Shown one piece after another: positions 1 through 9,996 of a DNA stretch of 64,000 bases; within the stretch, counting starts at the first letter, position 1; each line of letters begins with the position of its first letter. The translations under genes and the position numbers were made by a program. Source of the stretch: a bacterium (GTDB taxonomy: Bacteria > Patescibacteriota > UBA1384 > VFKW01); contig JAUSIS010000013.1 in assembly GCA_030647355.1 (NCBI GenBank), positions 177,165-241,164 of the forward strand, in the 5' to 3' direction. Below the pieces are notes generated by a model that did no database searches, had not been told where the DNA came from, and saw only the letters and a list, made by a program, of their open reading frames with translations.

Positions 1-77
1 AACCCGTTAAGCTGGCCTTTTTAAATGTGTAAAAATGTGCTATAATCACTAAATATAAATTTTTCAAAAGGAGAAGA

Positions 78-1697
78 ATGCCTAAAGCAAAACAAACCAA
101 ATATATTTTTGTCACCGGAGGCGTTCTTTCCGGGCTCGGTAAAGGCATCACCGCCGCTTCCATCGGAAACATCTTAAAAGCGCGCGGTTTTTCAATTTAC
201 ATGCAAAAATTCGACCAATACTTAAACGTTGACGCCGGCACCCTAAACCCGGGTGAACACGGGGAATGTTTCGTCACCGACGACGGCGCCGAAACAGACC
301 TCGATCTCGGTCATTACGAGCGATTTACCGATACCAGTTTATCCAAGAATTCCTCAATCATGACCGGCCAAATCTATCAATCAATCCTCGAGAAAGAAAG
401 AAATGGCCAATTTTTAGGCAAAACTATCCAGGTCATTCCCCATGTAACCAATGAAGTCAAAGAACGCATCAAAAAAGCTGCTAAAGAATCCGATTGCGAC
501 ATCTTAATCACCGAAATCGGCGGCACGATAGGGGATTACGAGGGCATGCATTTTATCGAAGCTATTCGCCAAATGCCCTATGACGTTGGGCATGATAATG
601 TTTTATATGTCCATGTCGGTTTTCTCCCATACTTGGAAGTTACTGAAGAATTAAAGAGCAAACCGATTCAAAACTCCGTTCACGACTTGCAAGCCATGGG
701 TATTCACCCCGATGTCATCATGTGCCGTGCCGATCATGTCGTCAGCGAAAATATCCTCAAGAAAGTCGCCCTTTTCTGCGGCGTTGACAAAGACGCCGTC
801 ATCCCGCTGGAAACCGTGCAGAGCGTCTACGAAGTCCCTTTGATCCTGGAAAAATACCAATTGGACAAATTAATTACCAAAAAACTCTGCCTACCCGATA
901 AAAATGGTCGCCAAGACGACTGGGCAAATCTTGTCAAAAAAATCAAGGCACCAAAAAACAAAAAAGTCACCATCGGCCTAGTCGGCAAATACATGGGCAT
1001 GAAAGATACCTATCTCTCCATCACCGAAGCAGTTAAAGCTGCAGCATTTTATTATGAAGCCGATCTTGATATTCAATGGATAGATTCCGAAGAGGTTGAA
1101 AAGAAAGGCACCGATCTGCTAAAAAAAGTTGACGGCATCCTGGTTCCCGGCGGCTTCGGCAACCGCGGCATCGAAGGCAAAATCACCGCTGCCAAATATG
1201 CCCGTGAAAACAACATTCCCTATCTTGGACTTTGCTTAGGACTACAAATCGCCGTGATTGAATTTGCCAGAAATGTCTGCAATCTCAAAGGTGCTCATTC
1301 AACGGAAATGGATCCTAAAACACCTTATCCGGTTATTCATATCATGCCCGAACAAGAAAAACTGCTCGAAGGCAATCAATACGGCGGCACCATGCGTCTC
1401 GGCGCCTATCCCTGCATTTTGAAAGATAAAAGTAAAGCCCTGGAACTCTATGGAGAGAAAAAGATCTCCGAGCGCCATCGCCATAGATATGAAGTGAACA
1501 ATAAATACCGCTCCGAGCTGGAAAAATGTGGCCTAGTCTTTTCCGGTACCTCCCCAAGCGGGCACCTGGCAGAAATCATCGAACTCCCCAATAATCGATT
1601 TTTCATGGCTTCACAATTCCACCCTGAATTCAAATCCAGACCCAATAGGCCGCATCCGCTTTTTGCCGGTTTCATAAAAGCCACAATAAAAAGTTAG
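78..1697 (+). CDS. pyrG: CTP synthase
   Basis: 539 aa. N-terminus MPKAKQTKYIFVTGGVLSGLGKGI is the canonical CTP synthase ATP-binding region. C-terminal type-1 glutamine amidotransferase with GLCLG Cys and HPEF. RBS aaaggag upstream. Confidence 0.95.
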   Translation: MPKAKQTKYIFVTGGVLSGLGKGITAASIGNILKARGFSIYMQKFDQYLNVDAGTLNPGEHGECFVTDDGAETDLDLGHYERFTDTSLSKNSSIMTGQIYQSILEKERNGQFLGKTIQVIPHVTNEVKERIKKAAKESDCDILITEIGGTIGDYEGMHFIEAIRQMPYDVGHDNVLYVHVGFLPYLEVTEELKSKPIQNSVHDLQAMGIHPDVIMCRADHVVSENILKKVALFCGVDKDAVIPLETVQSVYEVPLILEKYQLDKLITKKLCLPDKNGRQDDWANLVKKIKAPKNKKVTIGLVGKYMGMKDTYLSITEAVKAAAFYYEADLDIQWIDSEEVEKKGTDLLKKVDGILVPGGFGNRGIEGKITAAKYARENNIPYLGLCLGLQIAVIEFARNVCNLKGAHSTEMDPKTPYPVIHIMPEQEKLLEGNQYGGTMRLGAYPCILKDKSKALELYGEKKISERHRHRYEVNNKYRSELEKCGLVFSGTSPSGHLAEIIELPNNRFFMASQFHPEFKSRPNRPHPLFAGFIKATIKS

Positions 1698-1797
1698 TTG
1701 CTTCTCAAGCTAAGTCCAAACAATTAAAAAGAGGGGACTGCATGTGCCAAAACACACCACAGCCCCCATAATCATAAAACAGTTTCCCGTCAGCTCA

Positions 1798-3171
1798 TTA
1801 CTCAGATGGCACAGGAATCGGATAGTCGCCATCGAAACACGCCATACAAAACTGATCCTTCGGACAGCGTGTCGCTTCTATCGTGCTCTCCTGGCTCAAG
1901 TAGTTAAGCTGATCGGCGCCGATATAGTCGCGTACTTCCTCAATCGTCTTATCAGCCGCGATCAGCTCGCCGCGCGTTGACATTGCAATCCCATAGAAGC
2001 AGGGATACTTAACCGGCGGCGCCACCACCTCAACCTCCACCCGCAACGCCCCTGCGTCCTTCAGCATGGCAACCGTACCGCCGGTTGTATTTGCTCGGAC
2101 AATGCTGTCTTCCACTTCGGCCAGTCGCTTGCCTGCCACCATTGGCTCTAGAGCCGCGTATTTGTGGCGTACCAAGTCATCCCACCCATCAGGTGCGATG
2201 AACGTTCGACCAAGGTACCGATTCTTGGCAAAACCGTAACCAAACGGTACTCCAGACGCCTCGGCAAAACCGACTGCCGCATGATTGCCCGACTCCGGTA
2301 CCGGTATTACTTTGTCCAGATTAACCGGCTTACATTGCCTCGCCAAGTTCTGGCCTAGCCGATGCCGCACTTCACACACCCACTGGCCCATCATCACACT
2401 ATCCGGCCGGGAAAAGTAGATGAACTCGAAAATGCACAATTTCCGTTTGGCCTCAACCGGCAATTGATAGTGGAACCGATTCCGCCCGTCAATCACCAGC
2501 ATCTCACCGGGAGCTATCTCTCGCGTCGTCTCTGCCCTAAGAAATCCGAAGGCACATGTCTCCGAGGTCAGCAAATAAAACTCCTCGCCCCGTTCGTTTC
2601 TCGATCGCCCCAGATAGAGCGGACGAATGCCAAATGGGTCACGCACCCCGATAAGCTTCCCTTCCGCCAATACCAGAAGCGCATACGAGCCTTCGATTGA
2701 CATACAGGTCTCTATCACTGCTTCCTCGATCGTAGGTGCCGTTGATCGGGAAATCATCGCCGCGATAATCTCCGTATCGCTCGTTGATTCAAACTCGACG
2801 CCCTCCGCCTCCAATTCCTTGCGCAACTCAGCGCTCTTGGGCAGATTGCCATTGTGCACAACCGCAACTTTCCGGCGATCAGTCCTGTAATGGGGATGTG
2901 CATTCAGCAATACTGATTCCCCAGTCGTACTGTAACGCACATGGCCGATCGCCACCGTACCCGGTAATGACTGGATTATATCCTTAGTCAACCCGGTAGT
3001 GACCAAACCGCATCGCTTTTCTGTTCGGATCGTTCCATTGTCCCACGCCGCCTCACCTGCCGCTTCCTGGCCCCGATGCTGGAGCATGTACAATCCCGTA
3101 TACGTATAAGCCGCCGGCAAAAATGGCGTATCGCACTTACTCACCGTCGCTACACCGAACACACCACACAT
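1798..3171 (-). CDS. purF: Amidophosphoribosyltransferase (glutamine PRPP amidotransferase)
   Basis: 457 aa. Begins MCGVFGV (Ntn-type catalytic Cys after Met), then a PRTase domain and a C-terminal Cys cluster (CPKDQFCMACFDGDYP) typical of Fe-S PurF. Confidence 0.92.
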   Translation of the reverse strand: MCGVFGVATVSKCDTPFLPAAYTYTGLYMLQHRGQEAAGEAAWDNGTIRTEKRCGLVTTGLTKDIIQSLPGTVAIGHVRYSTTGESVLLNAHPHYRTDRRKVAVVHNGNLPKSAELRKELEAEGVEFESTSDTEIIAAMISRSTAPTIEEAVIETCMSIEGSYALLVLAEGKLIGVRDPFGIRPLYLGRSRNERGEEFYLLTSETCAFGFLRAETTREIAPGEMLVIDGRNRFHYQLPVEAKRKLCIFEFIYFSRPDSVMMGQWVCEVRHRLGQNLARQCKPVNLDKVIPVPESGNHAAVGFAEASGVPFGYGFAKNRYLGRTFIAPDGWDDLVRHKYAALEPMVAGKRLAEVEDSIVRANTTGGTVAMLKDAGALRVEVEVVAPPVKYPCFYGIAMSTRGELIAADKTIEEVRDYIGADQLNYLSQESTIEATRCPKDQFCMACFDGDYPIPVPSE

Positions 3172-3337
3172 TGTCCTCTCCTCCTGGTTGACCGTATATT
3201 TTTGTCAAGGAACCACATTTCAATTCCTATCTTCCCACTGCCACACTATCATGAGTTTGTCTTAATGGAAACCCAATAATCATTTTTAAACTAAACCAAT
3301 ATGTTGTAGCCCAAGCTTTAGCTTATTTTTTCCAACC

Positions 3338-3368
3338 AAAAAGACGAAACTTCTCAATCTCGTCTTTT
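3338..3368. terminator. Putative hairpin terminator between the Cys-rich peptide gene and purF
   Basis: aaaagacg...cgtctttt inverted repeat (8-bp stem, large loop) with flanking A/T tracts, just downstream of the 3392..3583 minus-strand ORF. Confidence 0.35.
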
Positions 3369-3391
3369 CGTACTTCTTACTGCTTACTTTC

Positions 3392-3583
3392 TTACTGCTT
3401 ATCTTTGTAGCACTCGCATTCGCATTCACCGGTCGTGCAACATTTGCATTGGCACTGGCAGCGTTTCCCTAGATCGCAAACATTGCCTACATGCTCTAGT
3501 TTCTCGTCCACTTCCGGCTTTCTATTTCGCAAAAAGCCCAATATCTCATCCAATTTAGCCAGAATCTCCTCGTCTTTATCCAT
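3392..3583 (-). CDS. Small cysteine-rich protein (metallothionein-like or RiPP-precursor-like), 63 aa
   Basis: Strong SD (AGGAGG). Acidic helical N-terminal half (MDKDEEILAKLDEILGFLRN) then 11 Cys in the last 28 aa (CDLGKRCQCQCKCCTTGECECECY). 52 nt downstream of the VanW gene on the same strand. Confidence 0.5.
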   Translation of the reverse strand: MDKDEEILAKLDEILGFLRNRKPEVDEKLEHVGNVCDLGKRCQCQCKCCTTGECECECYKDKQ

Positions 3584-3634
3584 ATGCCTCCTGATAATTA
3601 TTTACTCTCTAACTATAACACAAACGTCAATACC

Positions 3635-5650
3635 CTACAGGCTGGGCGGTGGCGCAGGCGGAGTTTCGACAACAGGAGTAGCCACCGGAACCGGTACCGG
3701 CGCTACAGGCACAGGTTTAGTCCCCACTAAATACTTCGCTCCCCAGGGCTTGAATTTACTGTTAAAAGTCTGTTTATTGATCTCTTGCCCGCCCCTCACC
3801 ACAGAGTAATTAACCACTACTGTCGCTCCCGGGTGCGATCCTTCCAGTTGCTGTGTCTGCCCAACAAACAATGTATCGGTATTAATATACTGGGCCGCGG
3901 GCGCCGGAATAACATTTGATATCGCAGGAGTCGAAATCGTCGCCACTCTTCCGTCTTTTGTCCCCCAAAAATCAAATGTTAATTTATTGCCTTCAACTCT
4001 TCCTTGCACTAAAATCCACGCTCCCGTATCATTCACAAACCTCAAATCAGGATGGGGCCCGTAAATCGTCGAATCCAATCCCGGGCCTAAATATTTTCCA
4101 TTCCCATCCGTCTCATAATAACCCACCCGATAAGCATGATTCTTCCGTTCCGTAATCTTCAATCCTGAATATAAAGCTGACCGAAATAGGGTAGAAGACA
4201 CCTGGCACAAACCTCCTCCATATTCCGGAATCGTCTGCGAGCCCTTAATAACCAGCCCCTGAACAAACCCGCTTGAGGCATCAACATTGCCAATTGCTTT
4301 AACTGTAGAAAATTCTTCCCCCGGTTTTATAAGCGTCCCCGTTACAATCCTGGCCCCGTTTGCAATATTATGCTTACGTGCATCACTGCTTCCCTTAAAA
4401 TTAGTCGCCCCACTACCGACTATCTCCTTTATTCCCAAATTCATATAATTAGCTTCCGTAACGTCGGGCTCCACCACCTTTACAGCCAGCTCTATATCCG
4501 ATTGCTGACCATCCTGAATTGCCCCTATAATCGGACCTAAGCTGGCATCTTGATCAAAAACATATCCTTCTTTACTCGGTGCCGTCACAGTCAGAACCCC
4601 GTTTGCATCCATACTCAACCTGGCATTCTGCGGCGCTCCGTCAATGTCTTTCGATATCTTTTTCAAATATGACTTGACTTCCTGCTGATCGACATAAGAG
4701 GTCAATTGATATTGGCCTGGAGCACCTTCAACACCAACTGATTTGAATTTTATCCAGTTCGAAAATGTATCGGTCCCCACTACCCAAGCCCCCTTCTGCC
4801 ATTTCAGACTCAATTTACTCTTAAGCATCGTCAAAACCTGCTGGCGGGCATTTTCTGTATCTCCTAATGTCACCTTAGGATGGGAAGTAAAAACTTGGAC
4901 CAAAACCTTCTTTTTTACCATATTATCAAAATTTCGCTTAATTGATTTCTCCAGAGCAACTTTATCCACTCTCAAGCCAGTTCTCTCTTGGACGAAGGTA
5001 ACATTGTTGTTTTTTATCACGCCTGTCGCATCTTTTTCCGGAATATCAACATCCTCCGCTATCTTGCTGACAAAACCATCAAATGCTTCCTTGTCAAAAC
5101 TATACACTGGCAATACCTTGCTAGCCCTGCCTAGAGCCGCTAGGCGACTCCCTAATCGCCTCCAGAAGGTTTTCTCCCTCCCTACCCCATAAACTGCCCT
5201 TGCAGTTTTTGTGGCATCATAGGAAAGCTTGATGTCGCTCAAGGGCAATTCCCAATCTTTATCCTGATACTGAACCGCTATTGTCTCTCCTTCAAACTCC
5301 CTCACCCGTTGACCAACAACTTTTTCAATATCCCGTAACGGCCTACTCCCCACATTCATCCCTGCCATAACTACTCTCGGATACGACTTCTCTCTATAAG
5401 AAAGAATATATATTCCATAAATAATAGCTAAGAGACAGACCGCTAGCACCATAAGTGAACCCCACCGGTAATAACTGGCTTTACCCCTATCTGTTTTTCT
5501 TAAAGATAGACCCAATGCACCCAGAGAGATAAAACTCAAAATAGCCGCTAAATAGTATTTCGCTTTAGCTGGTTTCAAATATCTTCTAATTACCCAAAAA
5601 ACGTCCCATCCCTGTTTCTTGGGTTCTTTTTTGACTTTTTTCTTTGCCAC
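3635..5650 (-). CDS. VanW-domain protein with N-terminal TM anchor and Pro-rich C-terminus
   Basis: 671 aa. Lys-rich N-terminus plus a single TM. VanW-like core (GGGLCQVSSTLFRSALYSGLKITERKNHAYRVGYYE). C-terminal PVPVAPVPVPVATP low-complexity tail. Confidence 0.7.
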   Translation of the reverse strand: MAKKKVKKEPKKQGWDVFWVIRRYLKPAKAKYYLAAILSFISLGALGLSLRKTDRGKASYYRWGSLMVLAVCLLAIIYGIYILSYREKSYPRVVMAGMNVGSRPLRDIEKVVGQRVREFEGETIAVQYQDKDWELPLSDIKLSYDATKTARAVYGVGREKTFWRRLGSRLAALGRASKVLPVYSFDKEAFDGFVSKIAEDVDIPEKDATGVIKNNNVTFVQERTGLRVDKVALEKSIKRNFDNMVKKKVLVQVFTSHPKVTLGDTENARQQVLTMLKSKLSLKWQKGAWVVGTDTFSNWIKFKSVGVEGAPGQYQLTSYVDQQEVKSYLKKISKDIDGAPQNARLSMDANGVLTVTAPSKEGYVFDQDASLGPIIGAIQDGQQSDIELAVKVVEPDVTEANYMNLGIKEIVGSGATNFKGSSDARKHNIANGARIVTGTLIKPGEEFSTVKAIGNVDASSGFVQGLVIKGSQTIPEYGGGLCQVSSTLFRSALYSGLKITERKNHAYRVGYYETDGNGKYLGPGLDSTIYGPHPDLRFVNDTGAWILVQGRVEGNKLTFDFWGTKDGRVATISTPAISNVIPAPAAQYINTDTLFVGQTQQLEGSHPGATVVVNYSVVRGGQEINKQTFNSKFKPWGAKYLVGTKPVPVAPVPVPVATPVVETPPAPPPSL

Positions 5651-5744
5651 TTCTCTCCTTGTAGCTCTTCAATCGAATTGTACCGCCCAATCTCTCCTTT
5701 GTCAAAACCCACTTGTTAAAACGGCCGCCGCCACTCTTCTTTAC

Positions 5745-6170
5745 CTCTTCCTGCTCTAAAAACAGGATGTGCCTTAAAAAGACATCTCGCAAATTTATAA
5801 GCTTGGTCTCTTTTCCTTTTCTTCAAGATTGAAATATGGTGTTTGAGAGGTATCTCGGAGGCATACTCGCCTCCTTTCTCTAAAAAACGAAATATGCTTT
5901 ATTAAAGGTCTCTCGCAGGTGAAGCAAGCTCAGTCTTTCTCGGTCCCATTTCTCTTCCAACCAAGAAGAATGTTGTCTTTCGAGAGGTATCTCGTAGGTC
6001 GAGAGGGCAATCGTCACTTCTCCCCTTCTAAAAACAGAATATGCATTGAAAAGACATCTCGGAGGTTTGCAAGCTTGGTTCCGCCAGCCGGCGGATTGCA
6101 AACCGAGAGTAAGCGCCGTTTGCCGCTGGAGCAAACGGACGCGGTCTTTGAAAAGCATATCCTGTTTTAT
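5745..6170. repeat. Tandem array of about 145-bp imperfect repeats (about 2.5 copies plus one inverted partial copy) with a periodic GRYATCTCG motif
   Basis: Repeated blocks ctaaaaacagRatRtgcNttaaaaagacatctcgcaNN...aagcttgg and gaaatatggtgtttgagaggtatctcggagg...ctcctttctc. Core GRYATCTCGNAGG at 5781, 5849, 5906, 5986, 6053. Inverted copy of aaaacaggatatgc at 6141-6165. Confidence 0.7.
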
Positions 6171-6174
6171 CTCT

Positions 6175-6408
6175 TTATTCTCCCCTCAAAATCTCCTGCA
6201 AAACAGCCCTTGCCAGATTTTCCCGCCTCTTTTCCATCTTTTTATCACAAATGAGTTCGCTGTAGATCGCATCGCCTTCTTGAGCATCTTTATCCAAAAA
6301 ACGCCTCGGCACTACCAATTCTTGCCCCTCATACAAAAGCACCGCCTTTGCCCCCTCAAATCTATCTAAGATGAAATATAATTCTTTTGAATTAATTCTT
6401 TGGGACAA
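6175..6408 (-). CDS. DUF3006-like small protein
   Basis: 77 aa. Pattern ILDRFEGAKAVLLYEGQELVVPRRFLDKDAQEGDAIY resembles the DUF3006 family (IDRFEG..AVLE....VPR..LP..AKEGD). Confidence 0.45.
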   Translation of the reverse strand: MSQRINSKELYFILDRFEGAKAVLLYEGQELVVPRRFLDKDAQEGDAIYSELICDKKMEKRRENLARAVLQEILRGE

Positions 6409-6582
6409 GTTGACCTCCGTTACAAATCCAAAATTCGAATTTCAAATATCAAATCAATACCCAAGCCCAAAATCCAAATCTTGACATTTAGCCATTTGGG
6501 CTTCATTTGGCATTGAAAATTGGAAATTTGACATTAAATCTCCCTCAGTACTTATCAGCTTAATTCTTACCAGCTTATTAGC

Positions 6583-8595
6583 TTATTTCACTATAAACCT
6601 GACAATCAGCAGCGCCACAATATTCAACACCTTAATCATCGGATTGATCGCCGGACCGGCTGTATCTTTGTAAGGATCGCCAACCGTATCGCCCGTAACC
6701 GCCGCTTTGTGCGCTTCCGAACCTTTTCCGCCCAAATTACCTTCTTCAATGTACTTCTTGGCATTATCCCAAGCCGCCCCGCCAGTTGTCATCGAAATCG
6801 CTACAAACAAACCTGTTATAATCGCTCCGACCAGCATTCCACCCAGCGCCTGCGCGCCCAAGCCGAATCCAACGATAAACGGTGCCGCAATCGGTAACAA
6901 TGCCGGAAAAATCATCTCTCTTTGCGCCGCGGCAGTCACGATATCCACACATCTTGAATAATCCGGCTTTACCTTGCCTTCCATTATCCCTTTTCTCTCC
7001 TTAAACTGACGACGCACTTCCTGTACTACCGCACCGGCCGCTTTCCCCACCGCTTCCATCGAAAGCGCCCCAAAGAAGTAGGGGAGTAGTCCCCCGATAA
7101 ATAACCCGATCAATACTTTCGGTTCTTCAATCGAGAAACTAATGTGCTTGCCCATGTCGGCAATTTCTTGCGTATATGCAGAAAACAAGACAATCGCCGC
7201 CAATCCCGCCGAGGCAATAGCATAGCCCTTGGTTACCGCTTTGGTCGTATTGCCCACAGCATCCAGTGGATCCGTCACAGCCCGCACCTTATCACCCATC
7301 TCGGCCATCTCGGCAATTCCTCCGGCATTATCAGTAATCGGACCATAAGCATCAATCGCCACAATAATTCCTGTCATGGATAACATAGCAAACGCCGCTA
7401 CTGCCACTCCATATAATTCAGCCAAATTGTATGAAACCAAAACCCCAGCGGCAATCAGAAGGACCGGCCAGAAAGTCGATCTCATAGATAATGCCAAACC
7501 GGCAATAATATTCGTTCCATGCCCCGTAACTGACGCTTCCGCCACTTTCTGAACAGGTCTGTTCTTGGTAGATGTGTAATATTCGGTAATAATCACCATT
7601 CCTGCCGTCACTACCACGCCAACCAACGAACAATAGAACAGATCCATAACTGTCACGCCTTTCAAACCCTTCATCATCCAGTTTGTGATAGGGTAGAAAG
7701 CCGCAATGGCAATAACCGCCGAAACAATCAAGCCTTTATACAACGCTTTCATAATGTCATTATCTTTACCCAACCTGACAAAGAATGTCCCGATAACCGA
7801 AGCCAAAACTGATACCCCGCCCAAAGCTAGAGGATAGAGAACTGCATTCTCATTGTTTTTAAATAGTAAATTACCCAGTAACATCGCCGCTACAGCCGTC
7901 ACCACATAAGTTTCGAACAGATCAGCCGCCATACCCGCGTCATCTCCGACGTTATCGCCTACGTTATCGGCAATAACTGCCGGATTTCTTGGATCATCTT
8001 CCGGAATTCCCGCTTCCAATTTACCGACCAAATCAGCGCCGACATCGGCTGCTTTAGTATAAATTCCGCCTCCCAATCGAGCAAAAATAGAAATAAGCGA
8101 GGCTCCGAATGCCAAACCAATCAAACTCTTAACATCATGCGTAACAGAATAAAAAACCGTCACGCCAAGTAATGCCAAACCCGCTACCAGTAAACCAGTT
8201 ACAGCACCTCCGCGAAATGCCAAAGTTAAAGCTTGTCCTAAACCCTGTCTGGCTTTCTCGGCTGTCCTGACATTAGCTCTAACTGCTACATTCATGCCAA
8301 TATAACCGGCTGCTGCCGATAAAATCGCTCCCACGGCAAAGCCCCAAGCTGTTGTCCAGCCCAGTTGTTTGACAAAACCAATAACTAAAAATAATACTAA
8401 AGCTACCATCGCTACCACGCGATATTGACGATTCAAATATGCCGAAGCGCCCTGCTGAATCGCTAGTGCGATTTCCTGCATTTTCTTGTTGCCAGCATCT
8501 TGTGATAAAACCCAGCGAATTAAATAAACACCATACAAAATGGTGATAATTGAGGCACCGACTGCCAAACGAACAGGTGTAAGCCACTCTGGCAT
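6583..8595 (-). CDS. hppA: Membrane-bound proton/sodium-translocating pyrophosphatase
   Basis: 670 aa polytopic protein with hallmark H+-PPase motifs ([39 protein letters not shown]). Confidence 0.93.
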   Translation of the reverse strand: MPEWLTPVRLAVGASIITILYGVYLIRWVLSQDAGNKKMQEIALAIQQGASAYLNRQYRVVAMVALVLFLVIGFVKQLGWTTAWGFAVGAILSAAAGYIGMNVAVRANVRTAEKARQGLGQALTLAFRGGAVTGLLVAGLALLGVTVFYSVTHDVKSLIGLAFGASLISIFARLGGGIYTKAADVGADLVGKLEAGIPEDDPRNPAVIADNVGDNVGDDAGMAADLFETYVVTAVAAMLLGNLLFKNNENAVLYPLALGGVSVLASVIGTFFVRLGKDNDIMKALYKGLIVSAVIAIAAFYPITNWMMKGLKGVTVMDLFYCSLVGVVVTAGMVIITEYYTSTKNRPVQKVAEASVTGHGTNIIAGLALSMRSTFWPVLLIAAGVLVSYNLAELYGVAVAAFAMLSMTGIIVAIDAYGPITDNAGGIAEMAEMGDKVRAVTDPLDAVGNTTKAVTKGYAIASAGLAAIVLFSAYTQEIADMGKHISFSIEEPKVLIGLFIGGLLPYFFGALSMEAVGKAAGAVVQEVRRQFKERKGIMEGKVKPDYSRCVDIVTAAAQREMIFPALLPIAAPFIVGFGLGAQALGGMLVGAIITGLFVAISMTTGGAAWDNAKKYIEEGNLGGKGSEAHKAAVTGDTVGDPYKDTAGPAINPMIKVLNIVALLIVRFIVK

Positions 8596-8961
8596 ACTGC
8601 TCCTTTCTTAATAAATCCAAATGGCAAAATCCTAATTTCCCAATCAAAATCCAAATTTGTAAAAGTCAAAAATTTGAACTTGGGGTTTGAACTTAATTCG
8701 GCATTTGCCATTAGAAATTTGAAATTCTATTATTTCCCCTTAAATTTACCAAAATATCGCTCATCTGTCAAACGCCTTCAATTGTCATTGCGAGGCAATG
8801 CCGAAGCAATCTTTCCTCCTCCACCAACACATGCAATTGATTTTTCCCGTTTTTTAATATAAAATCAACCCAGCCAATAAGAGTAAGGATTAATCCTTGC
8901 CGCCTGAGATCCTGGGATTTATTCCAGGACCAAATCCAGGTCAATTTGGAGGATTCGTACC

Positions 8962-9801
8962 TTGAAAGAGTTAGGTAAAAAGATCAGCGTACCGACACTC
9001 GTAGGAAGCTTCAGTTCTGACGGAGGCATTGCCGGCAAGAGCGTTCCGTTCACAATTCGAGATGAACGAGCTCGCGGTGGACTTATCGAGATTGACCTCG
9101 GGTATCTCGATCCCGGGATCAAGGAAAAACTATTCGCTCTACCCTGGGAAACCGACGACTACCTTGACTTCAACGGGGGACCCCAGATTAGATCCAGCCG
9201 CCGGGGAGAGTTCCAAACCACCGCCGCTCAACTTCTCGCTCTGATTGCTCCTTGCTGGGGTATGACAATCGAGAACATGTCAATCAATGACCCTCGACCG
9301 GAGCAATTCTTCGAAGAAGGTAAGACGCGTTTCCCATATGCAATCTCCGTCACACAGAAGATGCGAGAGGTGGTTATAGAAAGCCAACTCCGTCCACTAC
9401 TAATGGCTCTCTGCCAAGCAACACAACTTCTGCATTACTGCGACTCCATCCAGGACCCAGCAACTCCCCCGCAGAAGCACGACTTCGTCGTCGAGATCAT
9501 GAGGGACATTACGAGAGATCGGCACTTGATACCGTCCAATGATCGTGAGACTTTCAATGAACACTTCTTCCTTTGCGGAGAGAAAGTCAAGGTAGAGAAT
9601 GATCTGCATCACGATCTTGCATGTTGTGTCGCCGATTGGGATTCCAACCCATTCCCGGACGACAAGAGCAACCGAACCGTCGGGCATTTTCTGAGAACGG
9701 TGATCGAATGGCTGTGCCAGAGACACCACCTCGACTTCTCTCTATACCAAGCAGCTATCATCAATTACGCTGACTTGCTCGAAGCACTAAAGACCGACTA
9801 A
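8962..9801 (+). CDS. Hypothetical protein (TTG start)
   Basis: 279 aa, no recognisable domain. Good SD (ttggagga) 8 nt upstream of TTG. Followed by a strong terminator. Confidence 0.5.
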   Translation: MKELGKKISVPTLVGSFSSDGGIAGKSVPFTIRDERARGGLIEIDLGYLDPGIKEKLFALPWETDDYLDFNGGPQIRSSRRGEFQTTAAQLLALIAPCWGMTIENMSINDPRPEQFFEEGKTRFPYAISVTQKMREVVIESQLRPLLMALCQATQLLHYCDSIQDPATPPQKHDFVVEIMRDITRDRHLIPSNDRETFNEHFFLCGEKVKVENDLHHDLACCVADWDSNPFPDDKSNRTVGHFLRTVIEWLCQRHHLDFSLYQAAIINYADLLEALKTD

Positions 9802-9816
9802 GAACCCAGCCTCAAC

Positions 9817-9853
9817 GCCCCGCCCTTTCCCGGTAAAGAGCGGGGCTCTTTTT
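9817..9853 (+). terminator. Rho-independent terminator
   Basis: ccccgc...gcgggg stem followed by ctcttttt. Confidence 0.6.
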
Positions 9854-9861
9854 ATACCATC

Positions 9862-9905
9862 CACCAAGATCTCCAATATCACGATCCTCAAATAAACCCG
9901 TTTCT
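9862..9905 (-). pseudogene. Displaced remnant of the pyrB 3' end (att-like duplicate)
   Basis: atctccaatatcacgatcctcaaataaacccgttt is about 85-90% identical to 11798-11838 inside the pyrB C-terminal codons. Its reverse-complement translation KKRVYLRIVILEIL matches the pyrB C-terminus KNGLYLRMAILEML. Confidence 0.55.
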
Positions 9906-9996
9906 TCCTAAGTGTTGACCTAACTAAAAACTGCTATAAAATTAAGCCGAACAGCACCTTGACGTTTTAATCAATCCAACCTACGGAGGTCAACTC

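Noticed and set aside
266-1684. Small ORFs inside pyrG (266..454 +, 651..860 -, 1299..1684 -)
   Set aside because: Alternative-frame and antisense ORFs within a highly conserved CTP synthase gene with no independent support.
3435-3809. Plus-strand ORF 3435..3809 antisense to the Cys-rich peptide gene and the VanW gene end
   Set aside because: Low-complexity translation (GTGTGATGTG) generated by the antisense Pro/Val-rich codons. No RBS.
5745-6170. Possible CRISPR array
   Set aside because: Repeat units are long (about 145 bp), imperfect and contiguous without unique spacers. No cas genes are nearby.
5586-6369. ORF-track ORFs 5586..5792, 5880..6158, 5919..6254 and 6046..6369 within the tandem-repeat array
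   Set aside because: They are mutually overlapping, have no RBS, and their repetitive amino-acid sequence mirrors the DNA repeats. Treated as non-coding.
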